Below, one piece after another: positions 45,272 through 54,389 of a DNA stretch of 64,000 nucleotides (position 1 is its first letter; each line of letters starts with the position of its first letter). The stretch is from assembly GCA_964595045.1 (NCBI GenBank), contig CAZQOW010000001.1, positions 9,183 to 73,182 on the forward strand, read 5' to 3'. The notes beneath the pieces are model-generated. The model searched no databases. It was not told the DNA's origin and saw only the letters and a program-made list of their open reading frames with translations. Source of the DNA: an uncultured Pseudomonadota bacterium (GTDB taxonomy: Bacteria > UBA10199 > JADFYH01). The position numbers were made by a program, and so were the translations under genes.

Positions 45272-45991
45272 ATGATAGCCGCTTTACTTATTGGTCGTAA
45301 AGGAAGTGTCGGATTTCCTGGAAAAAATAGTTATCCCATTAATGGAAAACCTCTGGCATCTTATCCCATGCATGCTGCCAAATCATCCTCTCTTGTAGAT
45401 CATATTTTCATCTCCACTGACTGCGAAAAGCTCATCGATTTGGCCAAGGAAAACGACCTTAAAATTATTAATCGCCCTGATTATCTCGCCACCAGACAGG
45501 CTCTGGGGGAAGATGTCTTTGTTCATGGTTATAAAGAAATCAAGCAACAAATGGGAAACTTAGAGTTTATGGTTCTCCTTCATTGTAACTCTGCAACTGT
45601 TACAGGAAAAATGATAGATGAAGGAATTCAAACGTTGCGCAAAAACCCTTCCTTCGATTCGGCTGTCTCTGTTTCACGTTATAATATGTGGAGCCCATTA
45701 CGTGCCCGAAAAATTGGATCTGATGGACTTTTACATCCCTTCATCCCACTTGAAACTTTTGGTGATCCAAAAACCCTTAATTGTGATCGGGACTCTCAAG
45801 GAGATGTCTATTTTGCTGATATGGGAGTTTCGATTGTACGCTCGTACTGTTTAGAGCATATTGAAGAGGGATTACTTCCTCAGAAATGGATGGGGCAAAA
45901 AATATATCCATTGATCCAAGAGGCAGGATGCGATGTAGATTATGAGTTTCAAATTCCTCAAACCGAATATTGGATTAAGAAAAACTTATAG
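45272..45991 (+). CDS. Acylneuraminate/CMP-Kdo-type cytidylyltransferase (third CMP-sugar synthetase in the locus)
   Basis: MIAALLIGRKGSVGFPGKNSYPINGKPLASYPMHAAKSS...HIFISTD. 239 aa. Confidence 0.75.
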   Translation: MIAALLIGRKGSVGFPGKNSYPINGKPLASYPMHAAKSSSLVDHIFISTDCEKLIDLAKENDLKIINRPDYLATRQALGEDVFVHGYKEIKQQMGNLEFMVLLHCNSATVTGKMIDEGIQTLRKNPSFDSAVSVSRYNMWSPLRARKIGSDGLLHPFIPLETFGDPKTLNCDRDSQGDVYFADMGVSIVRSYCLEHIEEGLLPQKWMGQKIYPLIQEAGCDVDYEFQIPQTEYWIKKNL

Positions 45992-46033
45992 TGAGTGATT
46001 CAACCGTAAGTTTTTTTAGAAATATATTTTCAT

Positions 46034-47176
46034 TTGATCATGAAAAACAGACAAGAATACATTAAACACCATAGCTTTAAAGAATTCCATTCAAATGTAG
46101 ATACAAAACAGGAGACTCAGCGTGAAAGGGTCATTAGAATTTTGCACGGAGCAAAACAGTCTCAGCATGAAAAAATATTCCAATCCATTCTTTCCGATCT
46201 AGAAAACTATTCGAACAGTGAGATCGACTTTAAAATTACTCTTCATATTGCGGATGAGCTCTCTAAGATAGAAGATATAGATGTTTCACGCTATCTTTAC
46301 CATCGATATCGATACGATATATATCCAAAAAAGAAAATATTGGACCAATTCCCCCCTTATTTGCAGATTGAACCAACCTCAATATGTAATTACCGATGTG
46401 TTTTTTGTTATCAAACAGATGCTGAATTCACAAATAAGAAAAATGGTTTTATGGGGTTTATGTCGTTTGAACTATTTAAGATAATCATCGATCAGATTGA
46501 AGATAAAATCGATTTTTTATCACTCGCATCCAGAGGTGAACCACTTTTGTGTCGTGATATTGATCAAATGCTCGAGTACTGCCAAGGAAAATTTTTAGGG
46601 CTTAAGCTGAACACAAATGCGTCCATGCTAAATGAAAAACATTCTCATGCAATTTTATCTGGTGGGGTAAATACTGTAGTCTTCTCTGCCGATGCAGCAA
46701 ATGAGAATTTGTATAGTCAATTGCGTGTCAATGGAAGTTTAAAAAAAATTTTAGCAAACATTCAAATGTTTCAAAAAATTAAGGAAACACATTATCCCAA
46801 TTCGAAAATTATCACCCGTGTTTCAGGGGTGCGATACTCCGATAGTCAAGATATGGACTCAATGATTAACCTTTGGAGTAGTCTAGTGGATCAGATTTCG
46901 TTTGTGGCCTATAACCCTTGGGAAAACATCTATGCCTCTGAACCTAATGAAATAAAAAAAGCCTGTAGTGATCTTTGGCGCCGAATGTTTATTTGGTTCG
47001 ATGGCACTGTTAACCCATGCGATACCGATTATAAATCAAGCCTTAAAATTGGGAACATCAAAGAAAATCGAATTGAAGATCTTTGGAGTTCAATTGATTA
47101 TCAATTCCTTCGTGAACAACATATCAAATCTAAACGTAGCTGCGTTAATCCTTGTAACCGTTGTACGGTCATATAA
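46034..47176 (+). CDS. Radical SAM enzyme with C-terminal SPASM/twitch-like Cys cluster
   Basis: CxxxCxxC as IEPTSICNYRCVFCYQ. C-terminal CSDLWRRMFIWFDGTVNPCDTDY...SCVNPCNRC. 380 aa with an N-terminal extension of about 110 aa. Confidence 0.75.
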   Translation: MIMKNRQEYIKHHSFKEFHSNVDTKQETQRERVIRILHGAKQSQHEKIFQSILSDLENYSNSEIDFKITLHIADELSKIEDIDVSRYLYHRYRYDIYPKKKILDQFPPYLQIEPTSICNYRCVFCYQTDAEFTNKKNGFMGFMSFELFKIIIDQIEDKIDFLSLASRGEPLLCRDIDQMLEYCQGKFLGLKLNTNASMLNEKHSHAILSGGVNTVVFSADAANENLYSQLRVNGSLKKILANIQMFQKIKETHYPNSKIITRVSGVRYSDSQDMDSMINLWSSLVDQISFVAYNPWENIYASEPNEIKKACSDLWRRMFIWFDGTVNPCDTDYKSSLKIGNIKENRIEDLWSSIDYQFLREQHIKSKRSCVNPCNRCTVI

Positions 47177-47887
47177 ATGAAAAAGAAAAAAATTCTTATC
47201 ACCGGAGCAGGAACCGGAATAGGCTTAGCCATCACCTGTAAATTCTTGGAACAAGGATGGGAAGTTGTTGCTCATTATAATCTTTCCGGAGATCAATTAA
47301 TAAAGCTTAAAAAACAAAATTTTCCTCTTAGACTTCTTAAAGCTAACTTTGCCAAAACCTCTGAAATCAAAAATTTTATTAAAGTTGTGTCAAAAGAATC
47401 GTTTAATATTCTCATCAATAATGCAGCCATATATGATCTTTCTTTGAGCGCTAAAAATCGGATTTCTTCGATTGAAGATGTTTTAAGAGTCAACATGATA
47501 GCCCCCGCATTAATTGCCGAGGCTCTTTTCCAAAAAATGAAACTTCAAAAACGAGGGCACATTATTAATATTAGTTCGATCGGTGCCAAATATGGTAGCG
47601 ACAGTGAAAACAAATTTTATAGCATGAGTAAACGCGGACTAGAGTCTTTAACCAATACGCTCGCTCGAGAAGGAGCGTCCTTTAATATAGCTGTTAATAC
47701 AATACGACCAGGAGTTATTCAAACGAATTTCCATATTAAAAATAAACGAGTTTCAAAACAGCGACTTCATAAAATTCCTATGAAGCGTCTTGGTAAGCCA
47801 GAAGAGATTGCGGATTTTATATTTTATTTGTGTGATCAACAAACTTTTCTAACTAATCAAACGATTGCGATCGCAGGAGGAGAATAA
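47177..47887 (+). CDS. Short-chain dehydrogenase/reductase (SDR)
   Basis: ILITGAGTGIGLAI (TGxxxGxG), NNAA, catalytic YSMSK. 236 aa. ATG overlaps the radical SAM stop. Confidence 0.75.
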   Translation: MKKKKILITGAGTGIGLAITCKFLEQGWEVVAHYNLSGDQLIKLKKQNFPLRLLKANFAKTSEIKNFIKVVSKESFNILINNAAIYDLSLSAKNRISSIEDVLRVNMIAPALIAEALFQKMKLQKRGHIINISSIGAKYGSDSENKFYSMSKRGLESLTNTLAREGASFNIAVNTIRPGVIQTNFHIKNKRVSKQRLHKIPMKRLGKPEEIADFIFYLCDQQTFLTNQTIAIAGGE

Positions 47888-47890
47888 ATC

Positions 47891-48820
47891 ATGCACGACA
47901 TCCTAATTTCTGCTACCCCTTTTGCCGAGTTCAGCACTTATCCTATTCAAAGACTTTCTGAACATGGCTTTAGAGCTACTATAAGTCCCTATGGATCTTA
48001 CGCAACCGAAGAGCAAAGCATCTCTTTATTAAAAGAAACCATCGGTATTATTGCAGGATTAGAACCTCTTACCAGAAAAGTATTAGAATCTTCTCCAACA
48101 CTTCGAGTCATCTCTCGAGTCGGCATAGGATTAGATAATATTGATTTGCAAGCTGCTGAACAATTAAATATTAAAGTTTTAAATACTCCGGATGCACCCA
48201 CTGATGCAGTTGCCGAGTTAACACTTGCACATCTCCTTGCACTGCTTCGCCAAACTCCTAAAAACAATTTGGAAATGAAAAATGGAGAATGGATTCAAAA
48301 TCCTGGTACCCTTTTAAAAAATAAAACGGTTGGTGTTATAGGTCTTGGAAGAATCGGAAAAAGATTCATTGAATTGCTTAAAGCATTCAAAGTAAAAATT
48401 TTAGGATTTGACCTCACCCCCCCATGGCCTTTCATTGAGGAATATGGTGTTAATCATTGCAATAATATTGAAGAAATTATTCAGGATGCAGACATCATTT
48501 CACTCCATATTCCGCATACCAAAGGGATCGGTTATACAATTGGAAAAAAAGAAATCGCCAAAATGAAAAAAAATGCGACTCTAATCAATTGTTCCAGAGG
48601 AGGCTTGGTCGATGAAAACGCTTTGTTACAAGCATTACAGGAAAAACGAATCAGCGCGGCTGCAATCGACTGCTTTGAAGAAGAACCCTATCGAGGTTCT
48701 CTGAAACAACTTGATAATATTATTCTTACTCCTCATATAGGGTCTTATACTAGAGAAACACGGGTCCAGATGGAATCCGAAGCAGTTGAAAATTTGATTA
48801 ATTATCTAAAACAGATATGA
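47891..48820 (+). CDS. D-isomer-specific 2-hydroxyacid dehydrogenase (phosphoglycerate/glycerate dehydrogenase-like)
   Basis: KTVGVIGLGRIGKRF, HIPHTKGIGYTIGKKEIAKMKKNATLINCSRGGLVDENAL. 309 aa. Confidence 0.8.
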   Translation: MHDILISATPFAEFSTYPIQRLSEHGFRATISPYGSYATEEQSISLLKETIGIIAGLEPLTRKVLESSPTLRVISRVGIGLDNIDLQAAEQLNIKVLNTPDAPTDAVAELTLAHLLALLRQTPKNNLEMKNGEWIQNPGTLLKNKTVGVIGLGRIGKRFIELLKAFKVKILGFDLTPPWPFIEEYGVNHCNNIEEIIQDADIISLHIPHTKGIGYTIGKKEIAKMKKNATLINCSRGGLVDENALLQALQEKRISAAAIDCFEEEPYRGSLKQLDNIILTPHIGSYTRETRVQMESEAVENLINYLKQI

Positions 48821-49491
48821 ATTTGAAATATAAAATACTTTCATATCCTTTAGAACAAGAAACGCCTCTTTATGGGGATACTCCCAAAATTCAGTTTGTC
48901 CCACTAAAGAGCATCGCTAAAGGAGACAGTTCAAATACAACTTTTGTCTCATTTTGTACACATTCCGGAACCCATATCGATGTTCCACTTCACTTTTCCT
49001 CTCAAGGATTTTCCATCACTGACTTTACAATTGAAGATTTTATTTTTCACTCCCCATTTTTGCTAACGTGCCCTAAAGAACCGGGTACTTTGGTGGAAAT
49101 TAATGATATTTTAAAATACGAAGAGATGTTAATAAAATGCGATATACTTTTAATTCGCACGTTATTTTCTCGCTTTCGCGGAAAAGAAATTTATCGAACT
49201 CAGAACCCTGGAATATCCTCTCTGTTAGCAAAATTTATTGTCGATCGATTTAAAAATATTCGTGCAATCGGTATTGACTCAATTTCTATTAGTTCTTATC
49301 AACACCGACCTATGGGAAGGGAAACGCATCAAATTTTTCTAGAGAGAGATTCTAATTACCCACCGATGATCATTATTGAAGATTTATACTTAGAAAATCT
49401 AAATCAACTGGAAAAACTATTTGTTATCCCATTATTTTTAAAAGGATTAGATGGTTCACCCGTCACTGTATTTGCCCAGATTAAACTATGA
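48817..49491 (+). CDS. Cyclase-family protein (kynurenine formamidase-like metal hydrolase)
   Basis: HSGTHIDVPLHF matches the cyclase HxGTHxDxPxH motif. 224 aa. Confidence 0.6.
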   Translation: MNLKYKILSYPLEQETPLYGDTPKIQFVPLKSIAKGDSSNTTFVSFCTHSGTHIDVPLHFSSQGFSITDFTIEDFIFHSPFLLTCPKEPGTLVEINDILKYEEMLIKCDILLIRTLFSRFRGKEIYRTQNPGISSLLAKFIVDRFKNIRAIGIDSISISSYQHRPMGRETHQIFLERDSNYPPMIIIEDLYLENLNQLEKLFVIPLFLKGLDGSPVTVFAQIKL

Positions 49492-50324
49492 ACCTCAGTC
49501 AATTAACCAAAGATGTAATTCTCGTCTGCCAGCGTGCTGGAGAATATCTTTTAAAAACTATCAACGATGTTAAGCCTGAGTTGAAAGGCTCGAACGATTT
49601 TGTGACCCAAGTAGATGTAGGTTCGGAAAAAATACTACTCAAAGGACTTGCTACTCTTTGCCCTCAAGCGAACTTCTTGAGTGAAGAAGCTGGAGAACAA
49701 AAGAATAATTTGAATGAAAGCTTGTTATGGGTAGTTGATCCTTTAGATGGTACTGTAAACTATGCTTTTGGTATTCCTTTTTTTGCAATATCAGTGGCTC
49801 TTATAAAAGAACAAAAACCTATTTTAGCGGTGGTCTATGCTCCAGCCCTTAACGAATTGTTTGTTGGGGAAATTGACAGAGGATCATATCTTAATAATAA
49901 GAGATTATCCTTAGATGAAAACAAAAACCAATTGTTAAAAATGATAGCAACAAGTGCCGGAATGACAGAAAGCGATTTTACTGGTAAAACATCCTATTAT
50001 CACCAAAACCTTCTTCCTCATTATAATCGTTTGCGACTCCTCGGTTCGCAAGCACTCCATTTGTGTTATGTGGCAGCCGGCAGATTAGAGGTTGCATTAA
50101 CTAACCAAGCAAAATTATGGGATGATGCTGCAGGATCTCTCATTCTGCAGGAGGCGAGTGGGATTTATAGTGATTTTTCCGGAAAAGAAATTTTTCCTCT
50201 CAAGAGAAATTCTCCTGTTTACGAAGGAAAATCATACGAAAGTATTGGTTCTTCAAGTCAAAAAGCTCTTGATAAAATTGTAAAACTCCTCAATGTTAAT
50301 CAAGAGGAAAGAGGTATTATATGA
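49488..50324 (+). CDS. Inositol-monophosphatase-family sugar-phosphate phosphatase
   Basis: WVVDPLDGTVNYAFGIPFFAISVAL (IMPase motif), LGSQALHLCYVAAGR. 278 aa. Confidence 0.75.
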   Translation: MNLSQLTKDVILVCQRAGEYLLKTINDVKPELKGSNDFVTQVDVGSEKILLKGLATLCPQANFLSEEAGEQKNNLNESLLWVVDPLDGTVNYAFGIPFFAISVALIKEQKPILAVVYAPALNELFVGEIDRGSYLNNKRLSLDENKNQLLKMIATSAGMTESDFTGKTSYYHQNLLPHYNRLRLLGSQALHLCYVAAGRLEVALTNQAKLWDDAAGSLILQEASGIYSDFSGKEIFPLKRNSPVYEGKSYESIGSSSQKALDKIVKLLNVNQEERGII

Positions 50325-51262
50325 GCGAAAAATTAGTTTGCGTTTTCGGCGGAAGTGGTTTTCTTGGAAGTCATGTCGCTGATACGCTAACCGAAGCAGG
50401 ATATAAAGTTAGAATTTTTGATTCTCAACCCTCCCCATTTATCCAAAAAAACAGCCAAGAAATGGTCATAGGAGATATTATGGATTTTGAGGCTGTCAGG
50501 AAAGCAAGTGAAGGGTGTAATATTATTTATAATTTTGCAGGTCTATCTGACATTGATCAAGCAAATGATAGACCTCTCGATACGGTTCACCTTAATGTAT
50601 TAGGTAATATTAATATCTTAGAAGCGGCTCGACAAGTAAATGCAACAAGATTTATTTTTGCTAGCAGCATTTATGTATTATCTGAGAAGGGATCTTTCTA
50701 TAGAGCCAGTAAACAATCAGCAGAAAGATTCGTAGAGGCTTATCATGAAAGGTATGGTCTCGAGTATACAATTTTACGTTATGGTTCTCTTTACGGAAGA
50801 AGAGCAGATGAACGTAATGGAATTTATCGCATGGTCAAGCAGGCGCTAGAAAATCGTTGTATCATTTACAATGGCGATCCTGACTCAAGTAGAGAGTACA
50901 TTCATGCTAAAGACGCGGCTCAATTAAGCGTTCAAATTCTTAATCCTACTTATGCAAACCGTCATATTATTTTAACAGGGCATGAGCGTTTTAAGGTAAA
51001 AGACCTGATGAAATTAATTGCGGAAATGATACCCGGTGGAGCGGAGATTCATTTTGGAGAAAAGATGATGAAAAGTCATTATGTAATGACTCCCTATGCG
51101 TTTAATCCAAAAATTGGCCACAAACTTCTTGCGGATGATTATATTGATCTTGGACAGGGAATATTAGATTGTCTTACAGAGATTTACGAAAATAACTATA
51201 AAAATGAACAGGTTAAAGATAATAAACTAGTCTCATTTGCCCAACTCGTTTATGAAGAATAA
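50321..51262 (+). CDS. NAD-dependent epimerase/dehydratase-family protein
   Basis: LVCVFGGSGFLGSHVADTL Rossmann, YxxxK (YRASKQSAE). 313 aa. Confidence 0.7.
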   Translation: MSEKLVCVFGGSGFLGSHVADTLTEAGYKVRIFDSQPSPFIQKNSQEMVIGDIMDFEAVRKASEGCNIIYNFAGLSDIDQANDRPLDTVHLNVLGNINILEAARQVNATRFIFASSIYVLSEKGSFYRASKQSAERFVEAYHERYGLEYTILRYGSLYGRRADERNGIYRMVKQALENRCIIYNGDPDSSREYIHAKDAAQLSVQILNPTYANRHIILTGHERFKVKDLMKLIAEMIPGGAEIHFGEKMMKSHYVMTPYAFNPKIGHKLLADDYIDLGQGILDCLTEIYENNYKNEQVKDNKLVSFAQLVYEE

Positions 51263-51312
51263 ATATCTGATTCTCACAATAACTATGCAAAATCGAATTC
51301 GATAAAGAAGTA

Positions 51313-52509
51313 ATGTATTATTACTCCCTTCTACTATTCGGCATTTCCTCCTTTTTTATTACCATGACTCTCTTTGGTATTCGTGCGCCTTTTAGTATAT
51401 ATGTTCCATTTATTTGTCTCCTTGATTTCCCTTTTTTTCTAAAAATTATAGAACGTTTACGGCTTCATCTAACTCATGTTTCTTATGTAGCGTTGTTTTT
51501 TTCTTACGTTCTATTCAATGCATTATTTCATTCATTAAGTATTGCTATTATTTCCCTTATCATTATTACTCTTCTTAAACTTCTTATCCTCATTTATCTC
51601 TTTTTTTACTTCACAGATAGAATCAGAAAATTCGGGCTTCACTTTTTCTATGCAGGACTTTTTGTCCATTTTTTATACGTCTGTTATCAACAGATATCGT
51701 ATGCTTTTTTTGGTGCTTCACTCCCTTTCTCCACCCCATTAGATCTTCCTTTTGTCATTCATGATGGAGGATTTACTGTTGCTGACTCTAACTTTGGAGG
51801 CACCGAAAGCTTTATCATCTCAACTATATTTCGGGTACGAGTTTCTGGTTTCACTCAAGAACCTAGCTATCTGATTGCTGTCTCTTTTCCGCTCCTTCTT
51901 ACCCGCATTTCTAAATTTTTTAAATATATTTTGATTTTTTTCATCGTCGAAGCTCTTGCAAAAAACGCTCTTCTCATCATCGGACTTTTCAGCAGTTACT
52001 TTATCCTTTCACGCTTCTTAAAGGATCTCCACGCTTTTCTTATTACACTTTTAGGAACAATCGCAATCCTTTCACTTACTTCTTATTGGACAATTTCCCT
52101 GGGTGCGACCTATCTGAGCAGGTTTAGTCCTTTTTATCACTACATTTACCAAGCTAATTTCATGGAAAAAATATTTGGAGTTGGAATGTATAACTATGCC
52201 ATGACTTATGGCACTGGTTTAGTTAATGAAATGACCCCTCCCATGGGGGCTTTTGGAGGTATTCTGATAGAATTAGGCCTCATTGGTTTTTTATTTTATA
52301 TGGTTGCAATTGTTTATATTTTTAATTCTGCCCAAAATAAATATCTTTTTATCTGTATTATTGGCTTACTCTTTAGTTGGGGTTATTTCACAGCTTGGCC
52401 AATCTGGCCTTTTGCATTGGCGATGGATCGCGCTTTACCATTCAGTCCAAAGATCCCGAAACGAATTAAAAATAATGTTGTTTATTCAAGTCTTGCTCAA
52501 CGAGCTTAA
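51313..52509 (+). CDS. Wzy-like polysaccharide polymerase / O-antigen-ligase-family membrane protein
   Basis: 398 aa, about 10-11 hydrophobic helices, large loop near the C-terminal third. Location among GT genes. No soluble-enzyme motif. Confidence 0.5.
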   Translation: MYYYSLLLFGISSFFITMTLFGIRAPFSIYVPFICLLDFPFFLKIIERLRLHLTHVSYVALFFSYVLFNALFHSLSIAIISLIIITLLKLLILIYLFFYFTDRIRKFGLHFFYAGLFVHFLYVCYQQISYAFFGASLPFSTPLDLPFVIHDGGFTVADSNFGGTESFIISTIFRVRVSGFTQEPSYLIAVSFPLLLTRISKFFKYILIFFIVEALAKNALLIIGLFSSYFILSRFLKDLHAFLITLLGTIAILSLTSYWTISLGATYLSRFSPFYHYIYQANFMEKIFGVGMYNYAMTYGTGLVNEMTPPMGAFGGILIELGLIGFLFYMVAIVYIFNSAQNKYLFICIIGLLFSWGYFTAWPIWPFALAMDRALPFSPKIPKRIKNNVVYSSLAQRA

Positions 52510-52515
52510 CCCCAT

Positions 52516-53313
52516 ATGGAATATGCTCCTATTACAGTGATCATTCCTTGCTATTGCTGCAAACAAACGATTGAAAAAACATTAGAATCGGTCGTTCACC
52601 AAACTTATCGTCCAAAAGAACTATTTTTAATCGACGATGCTAGTCCAGATGGAACGATACAAATACTCTATCAACTACAAAATAAGTACGGTTCAGACTG
52701 GATTCAGGTTTTTCAATTACCATTTAATCAAGGCCCTTCTACTGCACGAAATTATGGATGGAAAAGATCAAGCCAACCCTACATTGCTTTCCTAGACGCA
52801 GATGATATTTGGCATCCTCAAAAAATTGAAATTCAATATAAATGGATGATAGAGCATCCTCAATATGTCATCACAGGGCATCGATATCGATATTTGAGAA
52901 ACAATCTGCCATTCTTTCAGATTAGATCAATCCCGAAAAAAAAAAACCTTAGTAAAACTAAAATGCTTTTTTCAAATTATTTGAGCACTCCATCGGTAAT
53001 GCTGAAACGTGAACTTTTAGAAAGATTTGATCCAAAAAAGCGATATGCTGAAGATTATCTTTTATGGCTTACCCTCCTCTGTCGTGGCTATCTGGCAGCA
53101 TACATAGACCTCCCACTTGTGTATCTTTTGAAACACGCTTATGGAAGCGGCGGCTTAAGTAAAAACCTCTGGAAGATGGAAAAAGGGGAATTGGAAGTTT
53201 ATTGGCAACTCCACAAAGATCGTTATCTTTCAATCTTCCCTCTTTTTATTTTGCTCGGTTTTTCACTTATAAAATACTTACGGCGAGTAATACTATCTTT
53301 TTTTCGAACGTAG
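52516..53313 (+). CDS. Family 2 glycosyltransferase. Contains an A11 tract at 52936-52946.
   Basis: ITVIIPCYCCKQTIEKTLESVVHQTY, LIDDASPDGT, DADD motif. 265 aa. Confidence 0.75.
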   Translation: MEYAPITVIIPCYCCKQTIEKTLESVVHQTYRPKELFLIDDASPDGTIQILYQLQNKYGSDWIQVFQLPFNQGPSTARNYGWKRSSQPYIAFLDADDIWHPQKIEIQYKWMIEHPQYVITGHRYRYLRNNLPFFQIRSIPKKKNLSKTKMLFSNYLSTPSVMLKRELLERFDPKKRYAEDYLLWLTLLCRGYLAAYIDLPLVYLLKHAYGSGGLSKNLWKMEKGELEVYWQLHKDRYLSIFPLFILLGFSLIKYLRRVILSFFRT

Positions 53314-53399
53314 CATCTTAATTTTGACCACTCTGGTGACGATTTTATCAAGAAGAATTGCTTTTTGACAAATCACACTACCAGAGATAGATATTCCAA

Positions 53400-54380
53400 A
53401 TGAATAAAGTATTAGTAACAGGAGCAGACGGCTTCATAGGAAGTCACTTGGTTGAAGAACTTGTTCAAAATGGATACTCTGTAAAAGCTTTTGTTCAATA
53501 TAATTTCCGAAACCAATGGGGTTGGCTAGAAAATCTTTCCGCCCAACATCTTGCTTGTATAGAAATTTTTTCGGCCGATCTCCGAGATCCATTCGCAGTA
53601 CAAAGAGCTGTACGTGGATGCTCACGTATTTTTCATCTTGGTGCATTAATTGCCATACCGTATTCTTATATGGCACCCCAAGATTATATACAAACAAACG
53701 TTTTAGGAACTCTAAATATTCTGCAGGCTTCTTTAGAAGAAAAAGTAGATCAAGTTATCCACACCTCTACCAGTGAAACTTATGGTACAGCCATCTATGC
53801 TCCTATTAATGAAACTCACCCTCTTCAAGGACAATCGCCTTATTCTGCTAGTAAAATAGGGGCTGATAAACTTGCGGAAAGTTATTTTTTATCTTTTGGT
53901 CTACCAGTTACTACCATCCGACCTTTTAATACTTATGGTCCAAGACAGTCTGCTAGAGCGATTATTCCTACCATAATAACCCAGATCTTCTCTGACCAAA
54001 AAACCATTAAATTAGGAGCTCTTGATCCTGTTCGAGATATGAACTTTGTTACTGATACAGTAAATGGTTTTATGAAAGCAGCTAAAACTAGCGACTCAAT
54101 TGGTGAAACAATCAATATTGGTTCTGGAAAAGGAGTAACTATTGGTGAAATCGCTGAAATGATTTTAAAAATTACAAACTCTGAGAAGTCTATTGAAAAA
54201 GATAATATTCGATTACGTCCTCAGAAAAGTGAGGTCATGAAATTGATTTGCGATAACTCTAAAGCAAAAAAATTACTTGATTGGGAACCGACTATTAGTC
54301 TGGAAAATGGCCTTAAAAGCACAGTCAATTGGTTTAAAGACCATCTTTCCTTTTATAAGTCGAATATTTACAATTTATAG
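53400..54380 (+). CDS. NAD-dependent nucleotide-sugar epimerase/dehydratase
   Basis: VLVTGADGFIGSHLVEEL, STSETYG, YSASKIGADKLAES (catalytic YxxxK). 326 aa. Confidence 0.75.
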   Translation: MNKVLVTGADGFIGSHLVEELVQNGYSVKAFVQYNFRNQWGWLENLSAQHLACIEIFSADLRDPFAVQRAVRGCSRIFHLGALIAIPYSYMAPQDYIQTNVLGTLNILQASLEEKVDQVIHTSTSETYGTAIYAPINETHPLQGQSPYSASKIGADKLAESYFLSFGLPVTTIRPFNTYGPRQSARAIIPTIITQIFSDQKTIKLGALDPVRDMNFVTDTVNGFMKAAKTSDSIGETINIGSGKGVTIGEIAEMILKITNSEKSIEKDNIRLRPQKSEVMKLICDNSKAKKLLDWEPTISLENGLKSTVNWFKDHLSFYKSNIYNL

Positions 54381-54389
54381 GATAAAAAT

